Below, piece by piece: positions 7,276 to 16,012 of a stretch of DNA of 20,000 nucleotides. Below the pieces are notes generated by a model that saw nothing but the letters and a program-made list of their open reading frames with translations, searched no databases and had not been told where the DNA came from. Position 1 is the first letter of the stretch. Each line of letters starts with the position of its first letter. This stretch comes from an uncultured virus (IMG/VR IMGVR_UViG_3300010938_000034) (lineage: Duplodnaviria > Heunggongvirae > Uroviricota > Caudoviricetes): the IMG/VR virus record IMGVR_UViG_3300010938_000034, one strand, 5' to 3'. The position numbers and the translations under genes are program-made.

Positions 7276-8400
7276 ATGCCTATGAAACTGAAAAAGTTTA
7301 AATTTTTAATTACATTTATTTTAATAGGATTAAGTCTATTTTTAATTAGTATAGGTATAGCTCAAATTAACAAAGTGATTTTAGGAAATGTTGCTGTGCC
7401 TTCTTATTATACATTGTCTATTATCTTTAGTGGAACTGGGACTGGACAAGTTACTGCAACCCCAGGGGGAATTTTAACAAGTTCTGGTTATTTTGAATAT
7501 CCTATAAATACAAGTATAACCATAAGTGGTTTAGGAACTGGAGGTTCTATATTTCTTGGTTGGTCAGGTGCAGGATGTTCTGGAACTTCTGATTGTAATA
7601 TTACAATGGATAGTAATAAAACTGTTTATGCTAATTTTTGGGGGCCTCCATTGGGAAGTTACTTAATAGGATGGTATAGGTTTGATGAAGGAAGCGGTTC
7701 TACTGTTTATAATAGGGCAACAAATGGTTCATTAGGTGGAGGGTTATTACCAAATCTAAATGTAGTCCAGAATGATAATGTTTTTTGGACATTCCTTTCT
7801 GGTTTTGGTTCAACAAGAGATATAGTATTTGGTGCTGGAGATGGTTTAGTTGATTTTGCATGGGCTAAACCTAACAGGACAATTGGTGGTGCTAATAAAT
7901 CATGTTTTGGAATGTTTGTAAGACCAAAATCGTCAAATTACCCTTCTGGTTCTGGCGGTATGGTAATGCGGACGCAAGATAGTTATCTTGAAAGTGGTGT
8001 AGTTGGATACCATATTTCTAATGAAAATGAAGGAGGCTCTTCATCTCTGGATTTTGCAACTAATGTTATAGATTGGTCTCCAGGAACTTCAGAACTTAGA
8101 GGAAGATGGCATTTTCATTTTGTAAATAATAATGGTCAATGGTGGATAGTTAAACCAGAAGGAGATAGAGTTTTAGGAATGTCTGGTATATCTATGGTTC
8201 AGACTATTAATTTTCAATGGATTTTTGTTGGAGTTAGGCATTCCGATTCTACAACGCCTACTAAAGGATATTATCCTGGTGGAGTTTCTTATGGAGATTG
8301 GCTGATTTATAATCAAACAGCTTTAACTGATTCACAGTGGGCTGAAATTTATGATAATTTAAGAAGTAGATATGGAATGGCAGTTAGGTCAGGATGGTAA
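7276..8400 (+). CDS. signal-peptide protein with InlB-B-repeat-like domain and LamG/concanavalin-like domain; putative adhesin
   Basis: KLKKFK followed by a hydrophobic N-terminus; YTLSI..SGTGTGQVT...FLGWSGAGCSGT..C.ITMD.NKTVYANF; LIGWYRFDEGSGSTVYN ... IYNQTALTDSQWAEIY. Confidence 0.7.
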   Translation: MPMKLKKFKFLITFILIGLSLFLISIGIAQINKVILGNVAVPSYYTLSIIFSGTGTGQVTATPGGILTSSGYFEYPINTSITISGLGTGGSIFLGWSGAGCSGTSDCNITMDSNKTVYANFWGPPLGSYLIGWYRFDEGSGSTVYNRATNGSLGGGLLPNLNVVQNDNVFWTFLSGFGSTRDIVFGAGDGLVDFAWAKPNRTIGGANKSCFGMFVRPKSSNYPSGSGGMVMRTQDSYLESGVVGYHISNENEGGSSSLDFATNVIDWSPGTSELRGRWHFHFVNNNGQWWIVKPEGDRVLGMSGISMVQTINFQWIFVGVRHSDSTTPTKGYYPGGVSYGDWLIYNQTALTDSQWAEIYDNLRSRYGMAVRSGW

Positions 8401-8422
8401 AAATTAATGGAGTTAATTTGCA

Positions 8423-8569
8423 ATGAGTGTAAAATCAAGTTTTATTTCACTTTTACTTGTAATTTTATTTTTTATAAGCTTTTTTATAATTAGAAGCTTA
8501 ATTAATGAAAATTTCAATAATGGATTAAAAATAATAAAAATCCATGTGGAGGTAAAGAATGAAAATTAA
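8423..8569 (+). CDS. possible 48-aa membrane peptide (not in the ORF track)
   Basis: GGAG at 8409-8412; MSVKSSFISLLLVILFFISFFIIRS...; fills the gap between two genes. Confidence 0.35.
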   Translation: MSVKSSFISLLLVILFFISFFIIRSLINENFNNGLKIIKIHVEVKNEN

Positions 8570-9245
8570 AAAATTAATAAAAATAAGCTCAATTCTTTCT
8601 TTAACTGGATTAGTTATAGTTCTCTTTTCTATTGGATTAATTAAATCACAGGTTCAGGAGATAGGAGGACTTGCAGTTGCTCAATCAGCTACAAAATGGA
8701 ATTTTCTAAAAGATGCAGCTGTTGGAGATGATATAACTTACGGAATAGGAGCTTTTAGCTTATATCTTTATGATGGAAATAATTTTGATCGTGCAAGAGG
8801 GGATACAACTTATGGCTTAGATGTAGATGTAACAAGAATGCCTGCTATAGTTGGTGATAAAACTCCTTCGGATTCTTATTCAAATCCAACAGATGCTATT
8901 CCAAGCTGGTCTTTTATTGGAATTTGGAATGGCTCAACTTGGGATAGAGCAAAAGGAACTGGAGGAGCATTAAATGTTAGCACTACAACTTCATCTTCTA
9001 TTTCAACTGGGCAGGTTTCTGTTGGAACTTTAGCTACAATAATTGTTGCTTCAAACTCTTCAAGGCGGTCAGTGATTATAAGAAATCAAGGTGCAACTGA
9101 TATGTATATTGGAAATTCAGGAGTTACAACCTCTAATGGTCTTCTTATAAAAGCAGGTGAATCTATCTTTCTTGATAGAAATACAGCAGCAATATATGGA
9201 ATAGTTTCAAGTGGTTCAACTACTGCTGGTTATTTACAGGAGTAA
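8559..9245 (+). CDS. putative spike/structural protein with N-terminal signal or anchor and C-terminal beta-sandwich
   Basis: Basic then hydrophobic N-terminus; repeated YDGNNFDRARG / WNGSTWDRAKG; C-terminal RRSVIIRNQG..MYIG..GVT..NG..IKAGES domain. Confidence 0.6.
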   Translation: MKIKKLIKISSILSLTGLVIVLFSIGLIKSQVQEIGGLAVAQSATKWNFLKDAAVGDDITYGIGAFSLYLYDGNNFDRARGDTTYGLDVDVTRMPAIVGDKTPSDSYSNPTDAIPSWSFIGIWNGSTWDRAKGTGGALNVSTTTSSSISTGQVSVGTLATIIVASNSSRRSVIIRNQGATDMYIGNSGVTTSNGLLIKAGESIFLDRNTAAIYGIVSSGSTTAGYLQE

Positions 9246-9246
9246 A

Positions 9247-10347
9247 ATGAAAAAGGTATATACATTATTGGCTATTTTATTTTTATTATGGGGAAGTATA
9301 GCACTTTGCTCTGGATTTCTGCACGGAAATTTTGGAATCTGGATAAGAGAGAAAATGATTTGGTCAGCTGGAGGAGGTGGTGGAGGAGGATGTCAAGGAG
9401 GAGAAAATTGGCTTACGGGTTGGGGTTATAGGAAATGTGTTACATTAAGTAGGTCATCTGGAGCTGTTACAAATTATCAGATGAGGCTCAAAGTTGGTGA
9501 AAGCTCTGGCTCTTCTGGTTATGATGTTCATTGTAACGGACATATCCTTGCAGATTTTAATGATTTAAGATTCACAAAAGCAGATGGTGCTACCCTGTTA
9601 GATTACTGGATTGAATCAATTACTGGGACATCTCCGAATAGACTTGCAACGGTTTGGATTGAATTTGATTCAATTGGAACTTCAGATACAACATTTTATA
9701 TGTATTATGGGAATGCCAGTGCAAGCTCTGTTAGTGATGGAGATGCTACATTTATTTTCTTTGATGATTTTTTGGGAAGTTCTATAGATTTGACTAAATG
9801 GGATGTAACGGGATCTGATGGTATAACTGTAAGTGGTGGAGTGGTTATTTTGACTTCAACAGCAACAGTCCCTCAGGTTAGACTATTGTCTAAGAATGCT
9901 GTGCTTCAAGATAATCAAACGGCCTATAGGGCAAGAATGAAAGTGAATTCAGTAAATCAAGATACTGGAGAAGCTGGATCTGGGGGATTTTTCGATTCAA
10001 ATAATTGTATTATATTTGATGTGAATCATAGAAATTTGACTGACCGATATAAATATGTCAATCGTTTGGCTGGAAATTCTACCAATTTAGACATTATAGG
10101 GACTATTTATGCTGACACATTTTTTACTTTTGATTTGATAAGGATAGGAAAGGCTCGTTGGTTACTGAATGATGGCAATATGGTAGAGAATACAAGCAAT
10201 TATTATACGGGAGATACTAAAATTAGATTTAGGTCTGATTATTATACAGCGAATCAGATATTGACTATTGATTGGGTATTTGCTCGAAAGTATAATTCCC
10301 CAGAACCAACTTGGGGAACTTGGGGAGCAGAACAAACACCACCATAA
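9247..10347 (+). CDS. DUF2341-like domain protein with signal peptide; putative adhesin/receptor-binding protein
   Basis: Start reassigned to ATG 9247 (AGGAG SD, MKKVYTLLAIL); poly-Gly linker; WGYRK..TNYQ..DFNDLRFT..LLDYWIE..YMYYGN..TFIFFDDF pattern typical of DUF2341. Confidence 0.75.
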   Translation: MKKVYTLLAILFLLWGSIALCSGFLHGNFGIWIREKMIWSAGGGGGGGCQGGENWLTGWGYRKCVTLSRSSGAVTNYQMRLKVGESSGSSGYDVHCNGHILADFNDLRFTKADGATLLDYWIESITGTSPNRLATVWIEFDSIGTSDTTFYMYYGNASASSVSDGDATFIFFDDFLGSSIDLTKWDVTGSDGITVSGGVVILTSTATVPQVRLLSKNAVLQDNQTAYRARMKVNSVNQDTGEAGSGGFFDSNNCIIFDVNHRNLTDRYKYVNRLAGNSTNLDIIGTIYADTFFTFDLIRIGKARWLLNDGNMVENTSNYYTGDTKIRFRSDYYTANQILTIDWVFARKYNSPEPTWGTWGAEQTPP

Positions 10348-10369
10348 GTAATACAAATGAGGTATTAAA

Positions 10370-10711
10370 ATGGCAAAGATTTTTTCTTCTTCTGTTCAAG
10401 CATTAGCTTTAATGCCTAATTTAACTTCTTTTATAATTCAAACCTTAAATGTTACTACTGCTGGAACTCCAGTTCAGCTCCCTGACATTCCTGTTCCAGA
10501 TGGAGTTGAACTGGTAATCAGAGCAAAATATTCTAATGGAAGAAATGGAATAATTTATTTAGCAAATAGTAGTGTCAATACGGCTGACCCCAATAAAAGA
10601 ACTGAATTAAGAATGGGAGAATCTATTGGCTTATTGGTTCAGAATGCAAATTTAGTCTGGATAGATGCTAATAAAAATAATATTGGTATTGAAATTATTG
10701 TAGAGCAATAG
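10370..10711 (+). CDS. small beta-sandwich structural protein
   Basis: VTTAGTPVQL..LVIRA..N..IIYLA..LRMGESI..NLVWID pattern, similar to domains in 6503..7267 and 8559..9245. Confidence 0.55.
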   Translation: MAKIFSSSVQALALMPNLTSFIIQTLNVTTAGTPVQLPDIPVPDGVELVIRAKYSNGRNGIIYLANSSVNTADPNKRTELRMGESIGLLVQNANLVWIDANKNNIGIEIIVEQ

Positions 10712-10727
10712 AAAGGAGGTGAATAAA

Positions 10728-11021
10728 ATGCAGGAAGTCAATTTTGGACAATATGCCTTACCAGTGATTCTAATGGTTATTTTGAGTTTTATCTACAAAG
10801 TTTTTGGAGAAGGAGATGGTTCAGGAGCTATTTCAAATCGAGCAAAACCTATAATTGCTATATGTGTTGGAATGGCTTTAGGAATTATTGGTTTATTTTA
10901 TAATGCGGTTGAGTTGACATTTAAAAACTTTGTAGATTATTTGCTTTATGGATTTATGACAGGTTGCTCAGCTGTTGGATTATGGGAAGGTTTTAGAGCA
11001 ACTATAAATCCACAAAAATAA
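10728..11021 (+). CDS. holin-like membrane protein (3 hydrophobic segments)
   Basis: AGGAGG SD spaced for ATG 10728; three predicted TM helices in about 97 aa; adjacent to a lipoprotein gene. Confidence 0.55.
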   Translation: MQEVNFGQYALPVILMVILSFIYKVFGEGDGSGAISNRAKPIIAICVGMALGIIGLFYNAVELTFKNFVDYLLYGFMTGCSAVGLWEGFRATINPQK

Positions 11022-11033
11022 GGAGGTTAAAAT

Positions 11034-11399
11034 ATGAAAAGAAAGATTTTTATACCGATAATGTTGGCAATGTTTTTAATTTCATGTGCAACGATTCAAG
11101 ATCAGTGGAATAAGCTTACTCCTGATGAGAAAGCAAGAATCATTATTAATGACCTTCAAACACAGCTGTCTAATTTATGGGATGTAGGGAAAGCTTATGT
11201 GGAGGCTAATCCAAAGTATCTTGATGAATGGAAAAATAAAATTGTCCCTATGTTTGATACAGCTAATAAGAATATTAAAGTAGCCATAACACTATCCAAA
11301 TTGAATCAGATAACTCCTGATATGGTTTATGAAAATATTCAACCTGCTATTAATTCAATTATTGTTATGCTTGTCCAGATTGGGGCAATTAAAAAATAA
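11034..11399 (+). CDS. lipoprotein, helical (possible spanin-like lysis accessory)
   Basis: MKRK, hydrophobic core, then lipobox LISC. Confidence 0.7.
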   Translation: MKRKIFIPIMLAMFLISCATIQDQWNKLTPDEKARIIINDLQTQLSNLWDVGKAYVEANPKYLDEWKNKIVPMFDTANKNIKVAITLSKLNQITPDMVYENIQPAINSIIVMLVQIGAIKK

Positions 11400-11414
11400 A
11401 GGGAGGTTATTTGT

Positions 11415-11594
11415 ATGAATAACAAAGATATAAATATTGAATCTGTTTTAATTCTTATAAATGGTTTAATTTCTATAGCCTTTAATATCTGGTCTTCAGT
11501 TAGACAGATAAAGGGAGAGGAAGCTATACCATCTTGGGAAGAGATTTTAAGCAAAAATATCCAACTACAAACTAAAATAGATGCTGAAAAATGA
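11415..11594 (+). CDS. 59-aa protein with hydrophobic N-terminal helix (not in the ORF track)
   Basis: GGGAGG SD at 11401; MNNKDINIESVLILINGLISIAFNIWSSVRQ...DAEK*. Confidence 0.7.
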   Translation: MNNKDINIESVLILINGLISIAFNIWSSVRQIKGEEAIPSWEEILSKNIQLQTKIDAEK

Positions 11595-11749
11595 ATGAGA
11601 AGAACTCATTTTTTAAAGATATAGATTGGGATGCTCTTTTTTATGGTTTTGTTGGTTCACTTTTAGCTGGGATAACTGTTTATTATTTTTATCAGAGAAA
11701 AAATTATGATCATAAAGTTGAAGGAGAAGAAGATGAATTATTTGATTGA
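11591..11749 (+). CDS. 52-aa single-TM protein with acidic tail (not in the ORF track)
   Basis: ATGA overlap with the upstream stop; MNEKNSFFKDIDWDALFYGFVGSLLAGITVYYFYQRK...DELFD*. Confidence 0.6.
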   Translation: MNEKNSFFKDIDWDALFYGFVGSLLAGITVYYFYQRKNYDHKVEGEEDELFD

Positions 11750-11933
11750 TTGGATTTCAGATATGCTTGCTGAAGAAGAAAAAGGTATAGAAGAATATAT
11801 AGATTTAGCTAATGAATTAGTAAGTCAGGGAATCCCTAAATCTGTAGCAGAAAAGGTATTTAGAATAGCTGAAGATGAAAATAGACATAAAAAGATTCTG
11901 GCAAGTATTTTAAAAACTATAGAAGGAGTTTAA
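11733..11933 (+). CDS. two-helix ferritin/rubrerythrin-like protein
   Basis: Start at ATG 11733 after AAGGAG; MLAEEEKGIEEY...FRIAEDENRHKKIL gives the E...ExxH half-site. Confidence 0.65.
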   Translation: MNYLIDWISDMLAEEEKGIEEYIDLANELVSQGIPKSVAEKVFRIAEDENRHKKILASILKTIEGV

Positions 11934-11939
11934 ATCTAT

Positions 11940-12473
11940 ATGGCATTTACATATTATAGATTTAAACCTTCAAAAATAGAGCAAAAAAATTTTTCAGGAT
12001 GGTGGGATGAATTCTGGGGAAGTTTGTATTCATATTTCAGAAGTATATTTTATAAAGAAGAATATACACAAGAGGAAGCTCCTTATTACTATGAAGAAGA
12101 ACCTAAAGAAAAGACAATTGATGATATTATAGAGGAAAAAAGTTTGATTTATGGAGTTCCATCTAATATTGTTAGAGCTATTATAAAAGTTGAATCTAAC
12201 TTTAATCCATATGCTGTTTCTATAAAAGGTGCTAAAGGTTTGATGCAGTTAATGGAATCTACTTTTAGATGGTTAGGTTTTGATCCAAATTACATTTTTG
12301 ATCCTGAAACGAACATCGAAGCGGGAGTTAAATATTTACGGTATTTATGGGATAAATATGGAAATTTAACAGATGCAATTGCTGCTTATAATGCTGGTAG
12401 AGTATTAAAATATATGCGGACTGGAAGATATGTTAACCAAAGTTATGTTGATAAAGTTTTAACTTATGCATAG
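11940..12473 (+). CDS. lytic transglycosylase (SLT domain) with N-terminal amphipathic segment
   Basis: AIIKVESNFNPYAVS.KGAKGLMQLM, DPETNIEAGVKYL and AIAAYNAG motifs. Confidence 0.93.
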   Translation: MAFTYYRFKPSKIEQKNFSGWWDEFWGSLYSYFRSIFYKEEYTQEEAPYYYEEEPKEKTIDDIIEEKSLIYGVPSNIVRAIIKVESNFNPYAVSIKGAKGLMQLMESTFRWLGFDPNYIFDPETNIEAGVKYLRYLWDKYGNLTDAIAAYNAGRVLKYMRTGRYVNQSYVDKVLTYA

Positions 12474-12482
12474 AGGTTTATT

Positions 12483-13499
12483 ATGTTTTTAGGTAATATA
12501 CCGCAGCAAAATTTAGGACAATTTTCATTACCAAAAGAACCTGTTGATTTGAGTATTTCAGTAGCTAAATTAGGTGTTACAGCAGGTCAGATAGGAGCAC
12601 AATATGCAGGTGGAGTTGCTTTAGGGTTAACAACTACGGCTTGGATGGGAATAGGAGTTGCACTTGCTGCTTTAGGAGCTATATATGGAATTGTTAAAGC
12701 AAAATGGAAAAAGGAAAGAGCAAAAGAAAAAGCAAGAATGGCCTTTTATAGGGCTATAAATCAAATAGGAATTGAATTAATAGACAAGGTTTATGGAATG
12801 AAGATTCCTGGATGGAAGTTTCCTGAAGTTTTAGAAGATCCAAGTAATGAGTATTACCAATTAGGTCTTTTATATTATAATTGGTCAAAAACTGACCGTA
12901 AAAATAGTTATGAAATAGCAAGTTGGATTAAATCAAAAGGACTTGAGCCAGCAAGATTTATAGGAGCTGATAATGTTCCAGAAGGTTTGTCTTTAGATTA
13001 CGATGTTGATTATATTGCTGATCCTGAAAAATACTTAATTGGAAAAGAAGCTCTTGAAGCTATGGGATATGATAAGTCTCAATTTGTTAATTTACCTGTT
13101 CAGTATTTTGTAAGACTTATTGATATAATACTTGAAATTCCTCATGCTTTTATGGAACTTCAAGCACAAATGATAAAGGCAGATTTAGAATATCACTTAA
13201 GAGAAGGAGGATTTGATCCTAAAGTAATTTTTGATAAAGTTATGCCTTCTGAAACTATACCTCCTACAATGTATGAAATTACTGTATCTCCTGAAACAAA
13301 GCAAGTGGTAATACCAAAAGAAGCTATTTCTTTAGAACCTGTTAAGCCAGAAGAAGTGATTCCGACTGGAAAAGAAGTTAAACCTTTGGAAGAAAAAGGA
13401 GAGACTATTCAAATTGCAGGTCTATCGGTTAATAAAAGTTTGTTAATTTTATTAGGAGTAGGTTTATTAATTGCTATGCTAAAAAAGAAGGAGTTATAG
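12483..13499 (+). CDS. membrane protein with N-proximal TM and C-terminal anchor
   Basis: Gly/Ala-rich hydrophobic segment at about aa 40-72; Pro/Glu-rich linker; ends IAGL...LLILLGVGLLIAMLKKKEL. Confidence 0.7.
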   Translation: MFLGNIPQQNLGQFSLPKEPVDLSISVAKLGVTAGQIGAQYAGGVALGLTTTAWMGIGVALAALGAIYGIVKAKWKKERAKEKARMAFYRAINQIGIELIDKVYGMKIPGWKFPEVLEDPSNEYYQLGLLYYNWSKTDRKNSYEIASWIKSKGLEPARFIGADNVPEGLSLDYDVDYIADPEKYLIGKEALEAMGYDKSQFVNLPVQYFVRLIDIILEIPHAFMELQAQMIKADLEYHLREGGFDPKVIFDKVMPSETIPPTMYEITVSPETKQVVIPKEAISLEPVKPEEVIPTGKEVKPLEEKGETIQIAGLSVNKSLLILLGVGLLIAMLKKKEL

Positions 13500-13500
13500 C

Positions 13501-13854
13501 ATGTTTTATGGTTTTTGGGATATAGCATTACCTGTTTTAAATACTGCTATTTCAACAGGAGGTCAAGTATATAGTGCTGTTATAAATAAGGAAGCTGCAA
13601 AAACTGTTGCGGAAATACAAGCTCAAACTGCTCAGGCTCAGTTAGCCACACAGGAGAGATTAGCTCAATTACAACTTGAAGCTTTAAAATCTTCAAATCT
13701 TAATACAGCAAGCTCTTCTGCTTATAGACCTACAACAGAATATGTTCCAGAACCAACTGTTGCTGGACTGGTAACTGGGCAGGTTGGAGGATTTCCAGTG
13801 ATTTATTTATTGTTAGGAGGATTATTATTATTTTTATTAATTAAAAAGGACTAA
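13501..13854 (+). CDS. tail-anchored virion membrane protein (paralog of 16314..16715)
   Basis: Starts MFYGFWD; Ala/Gln coiled coil; ends GGFPVIYLLLGGLLLFLLIKKD. Confidence 0.7.
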   Translation: MFYGFWDIALPVLNTAISTGGQVYSAVINKEAAKTVAEIQAQTAQAQLATQERLAQLQLEALKSSNLNTASSSAYRPTTEYVPEPTVAGLVTGQVGGFPVIYLLLGGLLLFLLIKKD

Positions 13855-13870
13855 ATTAAAGGAGGTTAAA

Positions 13871-14950
13871 ATGAGGACATTTGGTAGAATTCCTTCATTA
13901 AGAGAATTAAGAATGGCACTATCGGGTTTTGGCATACAAGAAGCACCTGTTTTAACTCAATCTTATATACCACCTGGAGCTATGTATGCAAGTTTTCCTG
14001 GATTTGAGGGCAAATGGAATGTATATGCAATGAATAGACCAATTGGAACAATGGAATTCTGGAGTGAAGGAGGTCAGTTAAAAGGAAAGTTTTCTTTTGC
14101 ATCTGATCCATTATTAGATATTATAAGTTCTTATGTATTAAGTTGGAGAAAAATCCCTATTCCTTCATTTGAAAGTGAAATTCCAATGTCTAATCTTAAT
14201 GTTGATTTTAATGCAAATAAAATAACTTTTAGATTATTAGGAAGACCATATCGTATGGATCAAAATGAAATTTGGGGATTATTCTTAGGAGAAGCTTCTA
14301 TAGCTGCTAATCAAATAATAGGTAGTTTAACCTTATATGGAATTCTTACTGGATCTGCTTCTCCTAGAGCTGAAGAACCATATGTAACAGAAAATCCAGG
14401 AGAGCCTAGATACCGTGCATATAAAAATTTATTATTTACTGTGATTGCACCTGAATTTACTAATAGTCCTTTTTTAATACAACATTTTGTAGGTGGATAT
14501 GACCTTGAGTATCAAGTGCTTTTGGGAGCATATCAATATTACATTATTAATTTTAATGCAATAAAAGAAATGGCTCCAGCTTTTACTCCAGCTTTAGTGG
14601 TTGTAAGGTCTCCTACACCTGGAGTAACAATGGAAGTTACAGTTCCTGTAGTAACTTTGCCTGAAAAAACTGAAGAGGTAAAACAAGAATTACCCACTCC
14701 CGAACCTACTCCACAGCCTACAAGCGTAAATCCTCAACCAACAGTTGCAGAAACAGTTCCTGAAGAACCCATTGTAGAAATAAAACCAAAAGAAGAATTG
14801 GTTTCACCACCTCCAACTCCATTAGCAGCTGGATTTCCTAAGTGGGCTTGGTTACTGCTTTTAGGTATAGGGGCTTTTATTCTTTTTAAACCTAAAAAAG
14901 CTCAAGAAATTTTAAAGGTAAAGCCTAAAAGAAGAAAAAAGGAGGTTTAA
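13871..14950 (+). CDS. tail-anchored protein with Pro/Glu/Thr stalk
   Basis: LSGFG near the N-terminus; PTPEPTPQP linker; AAGFPKWAWLLLLGIGAFILFKPKK. Confidence 0.7.
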   Translation: MRTFGRIPSLRELRMALSGFGIQEAPVLTQSYIPPGAMYASFPGFEGKWNVYAMNRPIGTMEFWSEGGQLKGKFSFASDPLLDIISSYVLSWRKIPIPSFESEIPMSNLNVDFNANKITFRLLGRPYRMDQNEIWGLFLGEASIAANQIIGSLTLYGILTGSASPRAEEPYVTENPGEPRYRAYKNLLFTVIAPEFTNSPFLIQHFVGGYDLEYQVLLGAYQYYIINFNAIKEMAPAFTPALVVVRSPTPGVTMEVTVPVVTLPEKTEEVKQELPTPEPTPQPTSVNPQPTVAETVPEEPIVEIKPKEELVSPPPTPLAAGFPKWAWLLLLGIGAFILFKPKKAQEILKVKPKRRKKEV

Positions 14951-14953
14951 TAT

Positions 14954-15172
14954 ATGTTTTATGGATTTGGACAAACTGCTCAACAGGAATTAGAAGAAAT
15001 TTTAAAAGCTTCTTGTCCTCCAAAAGAAGAGGAAAAAGCTTCTATATGGGAAGCTAAGCTTGCTGGATTTCCAGTGCTTTTATGGATTCTACTTGGAGGG
15101 GCTTTTTTGTATTTCTTAAGTAAAAAAGAACCAATTGAAATGAAGGAGGTGTCCGAAAGTGTTTCAAGATAA
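14954..15172 (+). CDS. small tail-anchored protein
   Basis: Starts MFYGFGQ; LAGFPVLLWILLGGAFLYFLSKK. Confidence 0.7.
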   Translation: MFYGFGQTAQQELEEILKASCPPKEEEKASIWEAKLAGFPVLLWILLGGAFLYFLSKKEPIEMKEVSESVSR

Positions 15173-15800
15173 TAAAGAAGTTAAAGATTTTTATGTTCCA
15201 GGTGAAACTTATATTCTTGATGATTCTTCTGTTGTTTTTGAGGAAATGCCAGAAGAATATTTAATGAGCAAAAAATTACTACCTGAATGGGCATATGCTG
15301 AATGGAATTTACCTAAAGCAGTAAATGGAGAAATAGGAGATGGAGCTGAAATAAGTCCATATAGACCATGGAGAAGAAGAGCCAAACAAGTAATATTTGA
15401 AAAATTAAAAATGATGCCTGAACAATCTCAGATTTATTTAAAACCAGGAGAATCGGAAGAGGTTTCAGAAATGCCTCAACCTCCTACTACTTTTCTTGAT
15501 GGAGTTCCAAATTTTGAAGAGGTTCCTCAATTCTTAGGAAATTTCTCATTTGGTCAAGTATCATCCGAAAGAGGAATTTGGGGAGAATTAGTATCTGCTT
15601 TAACAACTGCTGGAATGCAAATTCTTGAAGCTGAAAAGAAAAAATATGAAGCAGAAATAGAAGCTTATAAAAAGACTGTAACTCCAACACAAGCTCCCAA
15701 AGCAGCAGGAGAAACTACAATGAGCAAAATTTTACCTTTTGCTCTAATTGGGGGTATTTTATATTTAGTTTTGAAATCCCAAAAGAAGACAAAAAGATGA
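15159..15800 (+). CDS. tail-anchored protein with acidic N-terminal region
   Basis: GTG start after AAGGAGGTG; internal FLGNFSFGQ followed by an amphipathic helix; ends ILPFALIGGILYLVLKSQKKTKR. Confidence 0.7.
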   Translation: MFQDNKEVKDFYVPGETYILDDSSVVFEEMPEEYLMSKKLLPEWAYAEWNLPKAVNGEIGDGAEISPYRPWRRRAKQVIFEKLKMMPEQSQIYLKPGESEEVSEMPQPPTTFLDGVPNFEEVPQFLGNFSFGQVSSERGIWGELVSALTTAGMQILEAEKKKYEAEIEAYKKTVTPTQAPKAAGETTMSKILPFALIGGILYLVLKSQKKTKR

Positions 15801-16012
15801 AAAAACTGGTTTATAAAAGATTTAGGCCAAAACCTTTAATCCCTTTTGAGGATATTAATAAAGTTTTCTGGAATATAAGAGATATAGCTGATACTTATTT
15901 AAATATAAGATATCCCGAAGTGCCTGATCCTGATTTATTCATTGCAGAAATAGAAGATCAAATAGATAAATACTATACTATATATAGAAAGGAGGAAGAC
16001 CTATATGAATAA
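15797..16012 (+). CDS. hypothetical protein
   Basis: ATGA-coupled to the upstream gene; overlaps the downstream start. Confidence 0.6.
   Translation: MKKLVYKRFRPKPLIPFEDINKVFWNIRDIADTYLNIRYPEVPDPDLFIAEIEDQIDKYYTIYRKEEDLYE

Noticed and set aside
9369..9392. GGA/GGT run as a contingency locus
   Set aside because: Mixed codons encoding a poly-Gly linker, in frame, with no sign of phase variation
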